From Minisyncoccota bacterium (GTDB lineage Bacteria > Patescibacteriota > Minisyncoccia > Phycocordibacterales > UBA2100): a stretch of DNA of 64,000 nucleotides. Both the position numbers and the translations under genes were made by a program. Below are positions 1 through 8,512 of this stretch, piece after piece. Where the stretch lies: contig DATJXE010000003.1 in assembly GCA_035500505.1 (NCBI GenBank), positions 267,605 to 331,604 on the forward strand, read 5' to 3'. The notes beneath the pieces are model-generated. The model did no database searches. It had not been told where the DNA came from and worked only from the letters and a program-made list of their open reading frames with translations. Position 1 is the stretch's first letter, and each line of letters opens with the position of its first letter.

Positions 1-24
1 GCGCCGTTCAAGTGGCTGGTGCCG

Positions 25-348
25 TTAGGCTGCTTCCAGCTTGCAGTATTGCTCCGGCTTGGAATTGTCGTCGGGCCAGACGATACTGTACCCGCGCTCC
101 TTCCACCACGCTTCTGCAAACGGGGTGATGTATCTGGCCCAGTGAGCCATGATGCCGTGGACTTCGGCGCGGTCGCGTTCTGACATCACTTCGTAGACGT
201 CTCTCGAGCGTGAGCGGTTTTCCGCGCACCACGGCCGCTGTAGCCCCTCGATGTATTGCCGGTACTCCTCTTGCAGAGCGGCCGGCGGTGACACAAGGTC
301 GCTCATGGCATCCTCCTGCTTCACGCTGCGTCGGCGACCGGCGTGCAC
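25..348 (-). CDS. hypothetical protein (on the tmRNA 3' side, at window edge)
   Basis: ORF track; no recognisable motif; a more likely start is the internal MSDLV (~306). Confidence 0.4.
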   Translation of the reverse strand: MHAGRRRSVKQEDAMSDLVSPPAALQEEYRQYIEGLQRPWCAENRSRSRDVYEVMSERDRAEVHGIMAHWARYITPFAEAWWKERGYSIVWPDDNSKPEQYCKLEAA

Positions 349-905
349 TTGTACCGGACGCCGTTCATCGACGGATGCCAGAGCACGAAACGCTCACGCT
401 CCTCGATCCATTCGTTGTCGAACATCAGAGCCGGCCTCTTGAGCGTTGCCTCGCACGTATGACACGTACAGTAGGGCACGCCGTTGTCGGTCTCGCCGAC
501 CTCAACGTCATGCCGCGCCCAACGCTCGAAGATCACGCCGCTACTGAAGTTATTGGCGACGAAAACGCCGGCCGACTCGAAGACCGGCTCGAGGTAGTCG
601 ATGTCTTCGACCGCGAATGCGACCCACGGTTTCTCTGGGTGCTTGGCGATCGCTTCGGCGAGCTTGGTGCAGTCGGCAATCATCTGCTCCTGCGAGTGGC
701 CGGCATCGTTGAAGATGGCGACGATCTGCAAGTCCTTACGCTCGGCGATGTATTGGAGGGCGCCGTGGAGCGTGTCGCGGGGGTTGGAGATGTAGGACCA
801 GCCCATGTGATCGCTCTGGAGCGAACCCTTCATCCATATCTTGGTCTGCATCCACTGGTCGACTGATTGGCCGAACAGCAGCACGTCCGTGTGTCTCCGA
901 CTCAT
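321..905 (-). CDS. hypothetical protein with C-terminal CxCxxC cluster
   Basis: 194-aa ORF; C-terminal YCTCHTCE Cys cluster; family not recognised. Confidence 0.45.
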   Translation of the reverse strand: MSRRHTDVLLFGQSVDQWMQTKIWMKGSLQSDHMGWSYISNPRDTLHGALQYIAERKDLQIVAIFNDAGHSQEQMIADCTKLAEAIAKHPEKPWVAFAVEDIDYLEPVFESAGVFVANNFSSGVIFERWARHDVEVGETDNGVPYCTCHTCEATLKRPALMFDNEWIEERERFVLWHPSMNGVRYKCTPVADAA

Positions 906-1071
906 GTCGGTCTCCTGTCTGGAACTCCCACGGGTACCGCCGTGGTGCGGTTGTTGGCGAAACCAACGCCGCCCGTACTAAACCACAGATTGGTTTACAA
1001 TGGAAGGCGTGGTTTCAAGTTCAAATCTCCTGACATTAAAATGTCTTGGAAAATAAAGAAGAAATTATGAG

Positions 1072-1424
1072 TGGAGGTGGGGAGAATCGAACTCCCGTCC
1101 AGAAAAAAGCACAGGCACGTGTCTACGATGCGTAGTTCATCTCAAGATTTGAACGCGCCACATAAAAGATGAGCAGAAACGAGACGCGTCGAGTCCTTGT
1201 CTTACGCGAGCGTCGGACGCCGCTCGCGAGTGCTTGAAGAATGACGCCCAACGAGCTTACTCAAGCTCTAGACTCGCGGACGGCCGGTTAGGCAAAGGCC
1301 GGAACCGGCGCAAATGCTACTTTGTTCGCACTTGATGTTTTGAATGGGTTTGGAGAGACATTCACTCTCGCATCGCGCGCACAAGCGCCGATTTTCCTGT
1401 CGAAGCCAGTCACCCCCCACCTCC
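1072..1424 (-). ncRNA. ssrA: tmRNA (SsrA)
   Basis: Minus-strand 5' end GGAGGTGGGGGGTGACTGGCTTCGACAGG (tmRNA-like). 3' tRNA-like T-arm GGGAGTTCGATTCTCCC plus acceptor CACCTCC that pairs with the 5' GGAGGTG. ~353 nt; smpB is adjacent. Putative tag ORF GCG AAC AAA GTA GCA TTT GCG CCG GTT CCG GCC TTT GCC TAA (ANKVAFAPVPAFA*). Confidence 0.85.
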
Positions 1425-1483
1425 GAATCACAAAGTGACTCAGAGGTGGCGATTGACTGGCCTGCCTGCGTAGGCAGGCAATA

Positions 1484-1924
1484 TTATTTTTTCAACGTGC
1501 GTTCGATCCGACGCTTCTCCTCGCGCCCCCGAATGTTCTGACGCTTGTCTTCCTTTTTCTTTCCGCGCGCGATCGCTAGGAGGAGCTTCAATCGAGTGCC
1601 TTTATTGTATACCTTTAAAGGCACGATTGTCAACCCCTTTTGGCCTTCTGCGCTCGAGATATGAGCGATCTCGCTCCGAGAAAGGAGGAGCCGCCGCGTC
1701 CGCTCCGGGTCATATCCCTTCGGCGCATTCGCCACCTGCCACGCGGGGATGCTCGCCCCCACCAAATACGCTTCGCCGCCGCGTGCGACCACGCGGGCGC
1801 CTTTCAGGGAACCGTTCCCCGCGCGTAGCGATTTCACTTCGAATCCATGCAATTCCAAACCCGCCTCGAGCTCTTCGAGGATCGTGTAATCAAACCCGAC
1901 TCGCTTGTTTTCGACGACGGTCAT
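1484..1924 (-). CDS. smpB: SsrA-binding protein SmpB
   Basis: VENKRVGFDYTILEELEAGLELHGFEVKSLRAG matches the SmpB N-terminus; start taken at the internal MTVVENKR; adjacent to tmRNA. Confidence 0.9.
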   Translation of the reverse strand: MTVVENKRVGFDYTILEELEAGLELHGFEVKSLRAGNGSLKGARVVARGGEAYLVGASIPAWQVANAPKGYDPERTRRLLLSRSEIAHISSAEGQKGLTIVPLKVYNKGTRLKLLLAIARGKKKEDKRQNIRGREEKRRIERTLKK

Positions 1925-1972
1925 TCGAGCAGTGTACCGCGCGCAACAATTCTTTCCACCGCGCGTCAAATA

Positions 1973-1980
1973 TGTATAAT
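1973..1980 (+). promoter_or_regulatory. extended -10 (TGTATAAT) 11 nt upstream of the ftsH ATG
   Basis: Sequence motif only. Confidence 0.35.
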
Positions 1981-1991
1981 GACGCTTTCAT

Positions 1992-3914
1992 ATGCCGAAC
2001 TCCGACGACAACAAGAACAAAAAGCGCCCGCAAAGCGCTCCACCCCAAGGTCCTTCGATCTGGGTGCAGCTCGCGATCGCAGCGGTTGTGTTCCTCATTC
2101 TCTCGGCGGGATACTCGGCGGTGCGCGACTACGTCTCGCAGAAGAGTGAAACGGTCGCCATCTCACAGATAGCCGACGACATCAACGCCGGCAAAATATC
2201 CTCCATCACGGTCGAAGGGGACACGGTGACCGCGACGTACACCGACGGGACGAAGAAGCAATCGCACAAAGAAACCGAAGACTCGCTCACGCAGACACTC
2301 GTCAACTACGGGCTCTCGCCTGAAAAAATAGCCGCGGTCCAGGTAACGATCCAGGATCAGTCCGGGCTGGAATTCTGGACGCTGGAGCTGCTCCCCATCG
2401 TCATTCCGACGCTCATGATCCTCGGGCTCGTCTGGTACATCACGCGTCAGTTGCGCGGCGGAGGCGGCATGCAAGCGTTCACGTTCGGCCGTTCGCTCGC
2501 GCGGATGATATCACCGGAAGACTCCGCGCAGCGCGTCACGTTCGCCGACGTCGCAGGCGCGAAAGAAGCAAAAACGGAACTCCTTGAGATAGTCGACTTC
2601 TTGAAAAATCCCAAAAAATTCATCCAGATAGGCGCACGCATCCCCAAGGGCGTGCTTCTCATGGGTGCGCCGGGCACCGGCAAGACGCTGCTTGCGCGCG
2701 CGGTCGCGGGCGAAGCGGGCGTGCCGTTTTTCACGATATCCGGTTCGGAATTCGTCGAGATGTTCGTCGGTGTCGGCGCCTCCCGCGTGCGCGATCTGTT
2801 CCTGACGGCAAAAAAGGCGGCACCGGCGATCATTTTCGTGGACGAGATAGACGCGGTCGGGCGCGTGCGTGGCTCCGGAGTTGGCGGCGGCAACGATGAG
2901 CGCGAGCAAACACTGAACCAGATCCTCGTTGAGATGGACGGCTTCGAGCCGGCCGAAAAAGTCATCGTCATGGCGGCGACCAACCGTCCAGACGTCCTTG
3001 ACCCGGCGCTCTTGCGCCCTGGCCGTTTTGACCGCCGCGTCGTCATCGACCTGCCCGATAGAAAAGACCGCGAGGACATTCTCATGACGCATGCGCGCAA
3101 AAAGCCTTTGGGCGCCGACGTGAAGCTCACGGTCATCGCGGAAAGGACGCCCGGGTTCAGTGGCGCTGACCTTGCCAATTTGATGAATGAAGCAGCCATT
3201 CTTGCCGCGCGGGAAAACCGCAAAGAAATAACGCAGTACGACCTCATTCGTTCGATAGAAAAAGTCATGCTCGGGCCGGAGCGCCGCTCGCACGTGTTGA
3301 ACACGAAGGAAAAGGAGATAACTGCATACCACGAAGCCGGGCACGCGCTCGTCGCATCGGTCTTGCCGCACGCCGATCCCGTGCACAAGATCTCCATCAT
3401 CTCGCGCGGCCGCGCCGCCGGATACACGCTGAAACTCCCGCTCGACGAGCGCCGTATGCAATCGCGCAAGGAATTCCTCGATGACATCGCGGTGAGCCTG
3501 GGCGGTTTCCTTGCGGAGAAGACCGTCTTCGGTGACATCACGACGGGAGCCTCGAACGACTTGCAGGTACTGACCGCGCTCGCGCGCAACATGGTCGCGC
3601 GCTTCGGCATGTCGGACAAAATGGGACCCGTCGCTTTTGCGGCAAGCGCGCGGCAAGCGCTTTTCGGCGAGGGCGTCGAAGAGGAAGCGTCGCAGGAAGT
3701 TGCCGCGCAGATAGACGCTGAAGTGAGAAAGATAATCGAAGGCGCGCAGAAGAAAGCGGAGGGTGTTCTGAAGAAGCACCGCAAGACACTGGATGCGATC
3801 GCACAGAGGCTCGTGGAGGTGGAAACCATCGAGCGCGAAGAGTTCGAGGACATCCTGATAGCGCACGGGATCACGCCGAAGAAAAAAGAGGTCATCGAGC
3901 CGCCGCTCGTGTAA
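1992..3914 (+). CDS. ftsH: ATP-dependent zinc metalloprotease FtsH
   Basis: N-terminal TMs; Walker A GAPGTGKT; AAA SRH region; HEAGHAL zinc motif. Confidence 0.95.
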   Translation: MPNSDDNKNKKRPQSAPPQGPSIWVQLAIAAVVFLILSAGYSAVRDYVSQKSETVAISQIADDINAGKISSITVEGDTVTATYTDGTKKQSHKETEDSLTQTLVNYGLSPEKIAAVQVTIQDQSGLEFWTLELLPIVIPTLMILGLVWYITRQLRGGGGMQAFTFGRSLARMISPEDSAQRVTFADVAGAKEAKTELLEIVDFLKNPKKFIQIGARIPKGVLLMGAPGTGKTLLARAVAGEAGVPFFTISGSEFVEMFVGVGASRVRDLFLTAKKAAPAIIFVDEIDAVGRVRGSGVGGGNDEREQTLNQILVEMDGFEPAEKVIVMAATNRPDVLDPALLRPGRFDRRVVIDLPDRKDREDILMTHARKKPLGADVKLTVIAERTPGFSGADLANLMNEAAILAARENRKEITQYDLIRSIEKVMLGPERRSHVLNTKEKEITAYHEAGHALVASVLPHADPVHKISIISRGRAAGYTLKLPLDERRMQSRKEFLDDIAVSLGGFLAEKTVFGDITTGASNDLQVLTALARNMVARFGMSDKMGPVAFAASARQALFGEGVEEEASQEVAAQIDAEVRKIIEGAQKKAEGVLKKHRKTLDAIAQRLVEVETIEREEFEDILIAHGITPKKKEVIEPPLV

Positions 3915-3919
3915 ACGGA

Positions 3920-3948
3920 ACACTCGCGAACCTCCGGCTCGCGAGTGT
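3920..3948. terminator. 10-bp perfect hairpin between convergent ftsH and downstream ORF
   Basis: ACACTCGCGA ... TCGCGAGTGT inverted repeat; no clear T-run. Confidence 0.35.
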
Positions 3949-4370
3949 CATTGCGGTTCGACCGCCTCACATTTGAACGGGTCAGCCCGGCGCAGATGTC
4001 GATGCTCCCGAGAAAGTTTGAGACCCGTCAGCACTGCTGGAATGCCGGCCCCGATATAGGGACCCAAAAAGTTGAGAAAAACCATGACGTCCGGTTCGAA
4101 TGCCATTGCAATCGCGCACATGGCCAATATTCCGAAACCAGCATAGCACCATGAGAACAGTTGTTGCCGGAGTTCCGCGGGCACATGGTGTGCGCGTGCG
4201 GCCCAATTCCAAACAACAAAAGGCCATCTCAGAAAAAACGGCACGGACAGCACGATGCGCCCGGCTCTAGCGAGATAGTCGCGCATGCGCACCCTCCACG
4301 TTCGCAAGTCGGAATGACCCGCCTGTCGGAACTTTACCGCCCTTTCTTTTCTGGTCAATTTTGCGGGCAA
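3948..4370 (-). CDS. hypothetical membrane protein
   Basis: ORF with two hydrophobic segments; no family recognised. Confidence 0.4.
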   Translation of the reverse strand: MPAKLTRKERAVKFRQAGHSDLRTWRVRMRDYLARAGRIVLSVPFFLRWPFVVWNWAARAHHVPAELRQQLFSWCYAGFGILAMCAIAMAFEPDVMVFLNFLGPYIGAGIPAVLTGLKLSREHRHLRRADPFKCEAVEPQ

Positions 4371-4425
4371 AAATCGCCTACGGACAAAATTTGTACTTCG
4401 GAAAAGAGCGTGCTACAGTCTGCTT

Positions 4426-5445
4426 TTGATGGCCGTAGTATTGAGCAAGAAATCTCCCTCGGCGGCGGAAAAGGACCTCAATTCCATCCGCAAAGGCCGT
4501 GACCTCTCTTTTTTCGATCTCCTTTCGATAGATCAGGTTTCCAAAGAAGACCTGGTCCTTTTGTATGACGTCGCACGCCGCTTTCGCGACTACAAGACCT
4601 ATAAGTTCTCGTTCAACAAGGGGTACTCGCAAGTGAACGCGTTCTTCGAGCCTTCGACGCGCACGAGCTCGAGCTTCGATCTCGCCGCGAAGCAACTTTC
4701 GATGGACACCGCGGGGGTAAGCTCGAACAGCTCCGTCGAAAAAGGCGAGAGCTATCTCGACACCATTCAGACGATAGACGCCTACAACGTGAGGACCATC
4801 GTCATCCGCTCCAAAGAGAGTGGCGTCCCCGAGGTGATGGCGCGGCATACGCAGGCTTCCATCATCAACGCGGGCGACGGCTGGCACGAACATCCGACGC
4901 AGGCGCTTCTCGACGGTCTTACGATGCTCGACCACTTCGGCACAAGGGACCTCAAAGGCCGCACGATCCTCATCGTCGGCGACATCATGCACTCGCGCGT
5001 GTTCGGCTCGCTCGTGCGGCTTTCGCGCAAACTCGGCGCCACGGTACGCATCGCCGCGCCGCTCACGCTCATTCCCGAGCACGTGGAGAAATTCGGCGTG
5101 AAGTGGTACGGCAATGTCGAAGAGGCGCTCAAGGGAGCCGACGTCGTCTACGCCCTTCGGGTGCAAAGCGAACGCGGCGCCAACGGCTTCATCCCGACCT
5201 TGCGTGAATATTCGAAGATGTTCGGCATCTCGCGCAAACGCCTCGACCTCGCCAAAAAAGACGCCATCCTCATGCACCCCGGTCCCGTCATCCGCGATAT
5301 AGACGTGCACTCGGCGCTAGCCGCCGTGGACGAGCAATCGTACATCCTGCGACAGGTCGAGAACGGCATGGCGGTGCGCAAGGCGCTTTTGTGGCTCCTC
5401 GCCGACCGTTTGGACGGGAAGCAAAAGACCTTCACGCGCAAATAA
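4426..5445 (+). CDS. pyrB: aspartate carbamoyltransferase catalytic subunit
   Basis: STRTSSSF, HPTQALLD and HPGP motifs of the ATCase/OTCase fold; pyrC immediately downstream. Confidence 0.88.
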   Translation: MMAVVLSKKSPSAAEKDLNSIRKGRDLSFFDLLSIDQVSKEDLVLLYDVARRFRDYKTYKFSFNKGYSQVNAFFEPSTRTSSSFDLAAKQLSMDTAGVSSNSSVEKGESYLDTIQTIDAYNVRTIVIRSKESGVPEVMARHTQASIINAGDGWHEHPTQALLDGLTMLDHFGTRDLKGRTILIVGDIMHSRVFGSLVRLSRKLGATVRIAAPLTLIPEHVEKFGVKWYGNVEEALKGADVVYALRVQSERGANGFIPTLREYSKMFGISRKRLDLAKKDAILMHPGPVIRDIDVHSALAAVDEQSYILRQVENGMAVRKALLWLLADRLDGKQKTFTRK

Positions 5446-5446
5446 T

Positions 5447-6739
5447 ATGAGCACGCTTCTCATCCGCGGCGGACACGTGATAGACCCGAAGAACGGTATC
5501 GACGGGCAGAACGACGTCTTTGTGCGCGACGGCAAGATCGCGGCAATTGGAAAAAAATTGAAAGAGAAGGCCGATAGGGAGATAGACGCCAAGGGCCTCG
5601 TCGTGACGCCCGGTCTCATCGACCTCCACGTGCATTTCCGAGAGCCGGGCAGAGAAGACAAAGAAACACTGGAAACCGGTTCAAAAGCGGCGCTTGCCGG
5701 GGGCATCACCGCGGCGCTTGCGATGCCCAATTCGACCCCGGTCGCCGACAACCAGACCGTCATCGAATTCATTCTGAAGCGCTCACGCGAGCTCGACCTC
5801 ATCACCATTTACCCGACGGGAGCGATCACGAAAGCCCAAGAGGGAGTGATGCTCGCGGAGATAAACGAATTGAAGAATGCCGGCGCGCTCGCGGTGACCG
5901 ACGACGGGCACGACGTGCAGAAAGAAGGCGTGCTGAAGCGCGCGATGGAATACGCGAAAACGTGTGGCATACTCCTCATGAGCCACTGCGAAACGAAGGA
6001 CCTGACCGAAGACGGCGTTATGCACGAGGGTTGGGTCTCGACCCAACTCGGGCTCCCCGGCAGCCCCGCGCTCTCCGAGGACATGGCCGTGTACAAGAAT
6101 ATTTTGCTTGCGGAGAAGACCGGTGCGCGACTACATCTCATGCACAACTCAACCGCAGGCGCCATTCGCGCGATACGCGAGGCAAAAGCGCGCGGCGCCA
6201 AGAACATCACTGCCGAAGTGTCCGTCCAGCACTTCGCGCTTACCGATGAAGAATGCATGGGCTACAACACCAACGCAAAAATGTATCCGCCACTTCGTTC
6301 GCAGGAGCACCTCGACGCGGTAATAACGGGTATCAAGGACGGCACAATAGACGCGTTCACGACCGATCACGCGCCGCACATCGAGCCGGAAAAGCTCAAA
6401 GCCTTCCAGGATGCCGCGTTCGGCAGCGTCGGGCTCGAGACGAGCTTCGCGGTCATGTACACCTACCTCGTGAAGCCAAAACACCTCTCGCTCGCGAAGG
6501 GCATAGAAAAAATGACGAGCGCACCCGCGCGCATCGTGGGGCTCGACAAGGGCCATCTCTCTGTAGGGGCCGACGCCGACATCGCGATATTCGACACGGA
6601 CAAGACATGGACGGTCGACGAAAAGAAATTCTTCTCGAAAGGCAAGAGCTCCGCGTTCATCGGCAAAAAACTCACCGGCAAAGCCGTGTATACGATAGTC
6701 GGCGGCGCGGTGAAATACGAGAACGGCGCCATCGTGTAG
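5447..6739 (+). CDS. pyrC: dihydroorotase
   Basis: DLHVHFREPG metal-binding signature of cyclic amidohydrolases; follows pyrB. Confidence 0.9.
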   Translation: MSTLLIRGGHVIDPKNGIDGQNDVFVRDGKIAAIGKKLKEKADREIDAKGLVVTPGLIDLHVHFREPGREDKETLETGSKAALAGGITAALAMPNSTPVADNQTVIEFILKRSRELDLITIYPTGAITKAQEGVMLAEINELKNAGALAVTDDGHDVQKEGVLKRAMEYAKTCGILLMSHCETKDLTEDGVMHEGWVSTQLGLPGSPALSEDMAVYKNILLAEKTGARLHLMHNSTAGAIRAIREAKARGAKNITAEVSVQHFALTDEECMGYNTNAKMYPPLRSQEHLDAVITGIKDGTIDAFTTDHAPHIEPEKLKAFQDAAFGSVGLETSFAVMYTYLVKPKHLSLAKGIEKMTSAPARIVGLDKGHLSVGADADIAIFDTDKTWTVDEKKFFSKGKSSAFIGKKLTGKAVYTIVGGAVKYENGAIV

Positions 6740-6769
6740 TCCGAAAACACGTTTTGCTATACTGCCGCG

Positions 6770-7906
6770 ATGGCGAGTAACGACAAAAAAGCGCTCGCGC
6801 TCCACAAAAAACTCGGCGGAAAAGTGCGCATCGAGCCGGCGGCGCCGGTGCGCAACAGAAAAGATCTCGCGCTCATCTACACGCCGGGCGTTGCGGCCGT
6901 TTCCTCGCTCGTTGCCGCACATCCAGAACTCGCGCGAGAGTATACGATGAAAGGCCGCACCATCGCCGTCGTTTCGGACGGTTCGGCGGTGCTCGGCCTC
7001 GGCAACATCGGCGCTCTCGGAGCGCTGCCCGTCATGGAAGGGAAGTGCGCGATACTCAAATCGTTCGCGGGCGTTGATGCGGTGCCCATCGTGCTTGACA
7101 CGCAGGACCCGGACAAAATAGTGGAGACCGTTATCGCCGTCGCGCCGGCATTCGGCGGGATAAATCTGGAAGACATCGCCGCGCCGAAATGTTTCGGAAT
7201 AGAACGTCGCCTCATCGAAGCACTCGACATCCCCGTCATGCACGACGATCAGCACGGCACGGCGATCGTCGTTTTGGCCGCGCTCATGAACGCGCTCAAG
7301 GTCGTCGGCAAATCGCTGGAAAGCGCGAACATAGTGATAAGCGGCGCGGGCGCGGCCGGTTCCGCCGTGGCAAACCTCCTGTATGCCGCAGGCGCGAGGC
7401 ATCTCGTGGTACTCGACAGCAAGGGCATCATCGGTGTGCACCGCGCAGACCTAGTGAAACACAAGCTTGAATTGGCCGAGCGCACGAACCCGCACAAGTT
7501 ACAGGGATATTTACACCACGCACTTCCGGGCGCCGACGTCCTCATCGGCGTTTCTGGTCCCGGACTTGCCCGAGCGGCAGATATTCGCTTGATGAACAAA
7601 AAAGCCATAGTGTTCGCGCTCGCCAATCCCACTCCTGAAATTATGCCGGACGAAGCAAGGAAGGGCGGCGCGGTTGTAGTCGGCACGGGCCGCTCGGATT
7701 TCCCGAATCAGATAAACAACTCACTCGTTTTTCCCGGAATTTTCCGCGGCGCCCTCGACCATCACGTTCGTCGCATTACCGAAGCGCACAAGCTCGCGGC
7801 GGCGAAGGCAATCGCCGGACTCGTCAAAAAACCGACGGCAAACAAGATCGTTCCGGACATGTTCGATAAGAGGGTGGCGAAGGCAGTGGCAAAAGTGATA
7901 CGCTAG
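6770..7906 (+). CDS. NAD(P)-dependent malic enzyme (short form)
   Basis: IYTPGVAAV, AVVSDGSAVLGLGNIG and ISGAGAAG Rossmann motifs typical of malic enzymes. Confidence 0.88.
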   Translation: MASNDKKALALHKKLGGKVRIEPAAPVRNRKDLALIYTPGVAAVSSLVAAHPELAREYTMKGRTIAVVSDGSAVLGLGNIGALGALPVMEGKCAILKSFAGVDAVPIVLDTQDPDKIVETVIAVAPAFGGINLEDIAAPKCFGIERRLIEALDIPVMHDDQHGTAIVVLAALMNALKVVGKSLESANIVISGAGAAGSAVANLLYAAGARHLVVLDSKGIIGVHRADLVKHKLELAERTNPHKLQGYLHHALPGADVLIGVSGPGLARAADIRLMNKKAIVFALANPTPEIMPDEARKGGAVVVGTGRSDFPNQINNSLVFPGIFRGALDHHVRRITEAHKLAAAKAIAGLVKKPTANKIVPDMFDKRVAKAVAKVIR

Positions 7907-7913
7907 CACCTAG

Positions 7914-7977
7914 CCGCCCGTAGCTCAATTGGTTACCTGCCTGCCGGCAGGCAGGGAGCACCGAGCTTATGATTGGC
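7914..7977 (+). other. 5' half of an interrupted tRNA paralogue (acceptor, D-arm with 20-nt palindromic insertion, anticodon stem 5' strand plus CTTATG)
   Basis: CCGCCCG TA GCTC AATTGGTTA [CCTGCCTGCCGGCAGGCAGG] GAGC A CCGAG CTTATG; nearly identical to the intact tRNA at 8080-8153 apart from the insertion and compensatory stem changes. Confidence 0.5.
7937..7956. repeat. perfect 20-nt palindrome CCTGCCTGCCGGCAGGCAGG inserted in the tRNA D-loop
   Basis: Direct reading; a related palindrome is at 46847-46862. Confidence 0.8.
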
Positions 7978-8041
7978 AGCGAGTGGTCATTGAAAATGTG
8001 TGTCCGTCTGTAAGCACAGCTTTCATACGGGGCGCTCGGAA

Positions 8042-8068
8042 AAAATGAGAATATGGTATTCTCATTTT
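8042..8068 (+). terminator. AT-rich perfect hairpin followed by T-run
   Basis: AAAATGAGAATA tgg TATTCTCATTTT then GTT; lies between the 5' tRNA half and the nested tRNA. Confidence 0.4.
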
Positions 8069-8079
8069 GTTCCTCGCTA

Positions 8080-8153
8080 CCGTCTGTAGCTCAATTGGTT
8101 AGAGCACCGAGCTTATACCTCGGGGGTTCCTGGTTCGAGTCCAGGCAGACGGA
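8080..8153 (+). tRNA. tRNA with anticodon UAU (Ile, AUA-decoding)
   Basis: CCGTCTG TA GCTC AATTGGTTA GAGC A CCGAG CTTATAC CTCGG GGGTT CCTGG TTCGAGT CCAGG CAGACGG A; canonical cloverleaf, anticodon loop C-U-UAU-A-C. Confidence 0.8.
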
Positions 8154-8197
8154 CAGACATTTTCACTTGACCCGAGCGAACCAATCACACGAAGTAT

Positions 8198-8233
8198 CCT
8201 CGGGGGTTCTTGGTTCGAGTCCAAGCGGGCGGA
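8198..8233 (+). other. 3' half of the interrupted tRNA paralogue (anticodon stem 3' strand, variable loop, T-arm, acceptor 3' strand)
   Basis: C CTCGG GGGTT CTTGG TTCGAGT CCAAG CGGGCGG A; acceptor CGGGCGG pairs perfectly with CCGCCCG at 7914-7920 and the T-stem CTTGG/CCAAG is self-consistent. Confidence 0.5.
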
Positions 8234-8259
8234 CAAAAAGACCGTGGTACCATGCCGAA

Positions 8260-8511
8260 ATGGAATCGCGTGGAGAAAAGATATGGAACACGATAGTGCA
8301 GGTATGTTTACCGAGCCTTACGGTGCTTGGATTTTTCTTGACCGCATCGAAGCTTCCGCAATACGGTGTCATCGTCGGATTGGTCTCTGAAATTTTCTGG
8401 GCGTACGCTTCATACCGGTCGTGGAAGGAAGGACAGTGGGGGATCGCGGTCACAACGACCGTTGTGACCATTATCTTTATTTACGGGATACTCAACTACT
8501 GGTTCTTCTGA
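8260..8511 (+). CDS. small two-TM membrane protein, possible PnuC-like fragment
   Basis: 84 aa; Trp-rich TM motifs (EIFWAYASYRSW) recall the PnuC N-terminus. The upstream part of ORF 8053-8511 overlaps tRNAs and is discounted. Confidence 0.4.
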   Translation: MESRGEKIWNTIVQVCLPSLTVLGFFLTASKLPQYGVIVGLVSEIFWAYASYRSWKEGQWGIAVTTTVVTIIFIYGILNYWFF

Positions 8512-8512
8512 T

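Noticed and set aside
2447-3970. Long ORFs antisense to ftsH (2447-3970, 2511-3923). Similar antisense or overlapping ORFs lie opposite pyrB/pyrC/malic enzyme (4378-5310, 6149-7441), recG (11949-12266 etc.), pil genes, ligA (39285-40343) and pyrG (55616-56356, 56393-57631).
   Set aside because: High GC suppresses stop codons in non-coding frames. These ORFs lack motifs, are Arg/Ala/Pro-rich with low complexity, and overlap confidently identified genes on the other strand.
7977-8197. Self-splicing group I intron as the explanation for the 220-nt interruption of the tRNA.
   Set aside because: The insert contains a complete cloverleaf tRNA and an AT-rich terminator hairpin. No recognisable group I core (P3/P7, G-binding site) was seen, so it is left as an open split-gene versus insertion question.
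8053-8259. N-terminal part of ORF 8053-8511 reading through the tRNA genes.
   Set aside because: It translates across two tRNA structures; only the downstream segment from ATG 8260 (hydrophobic, PnuC-like) is plausibly coding.
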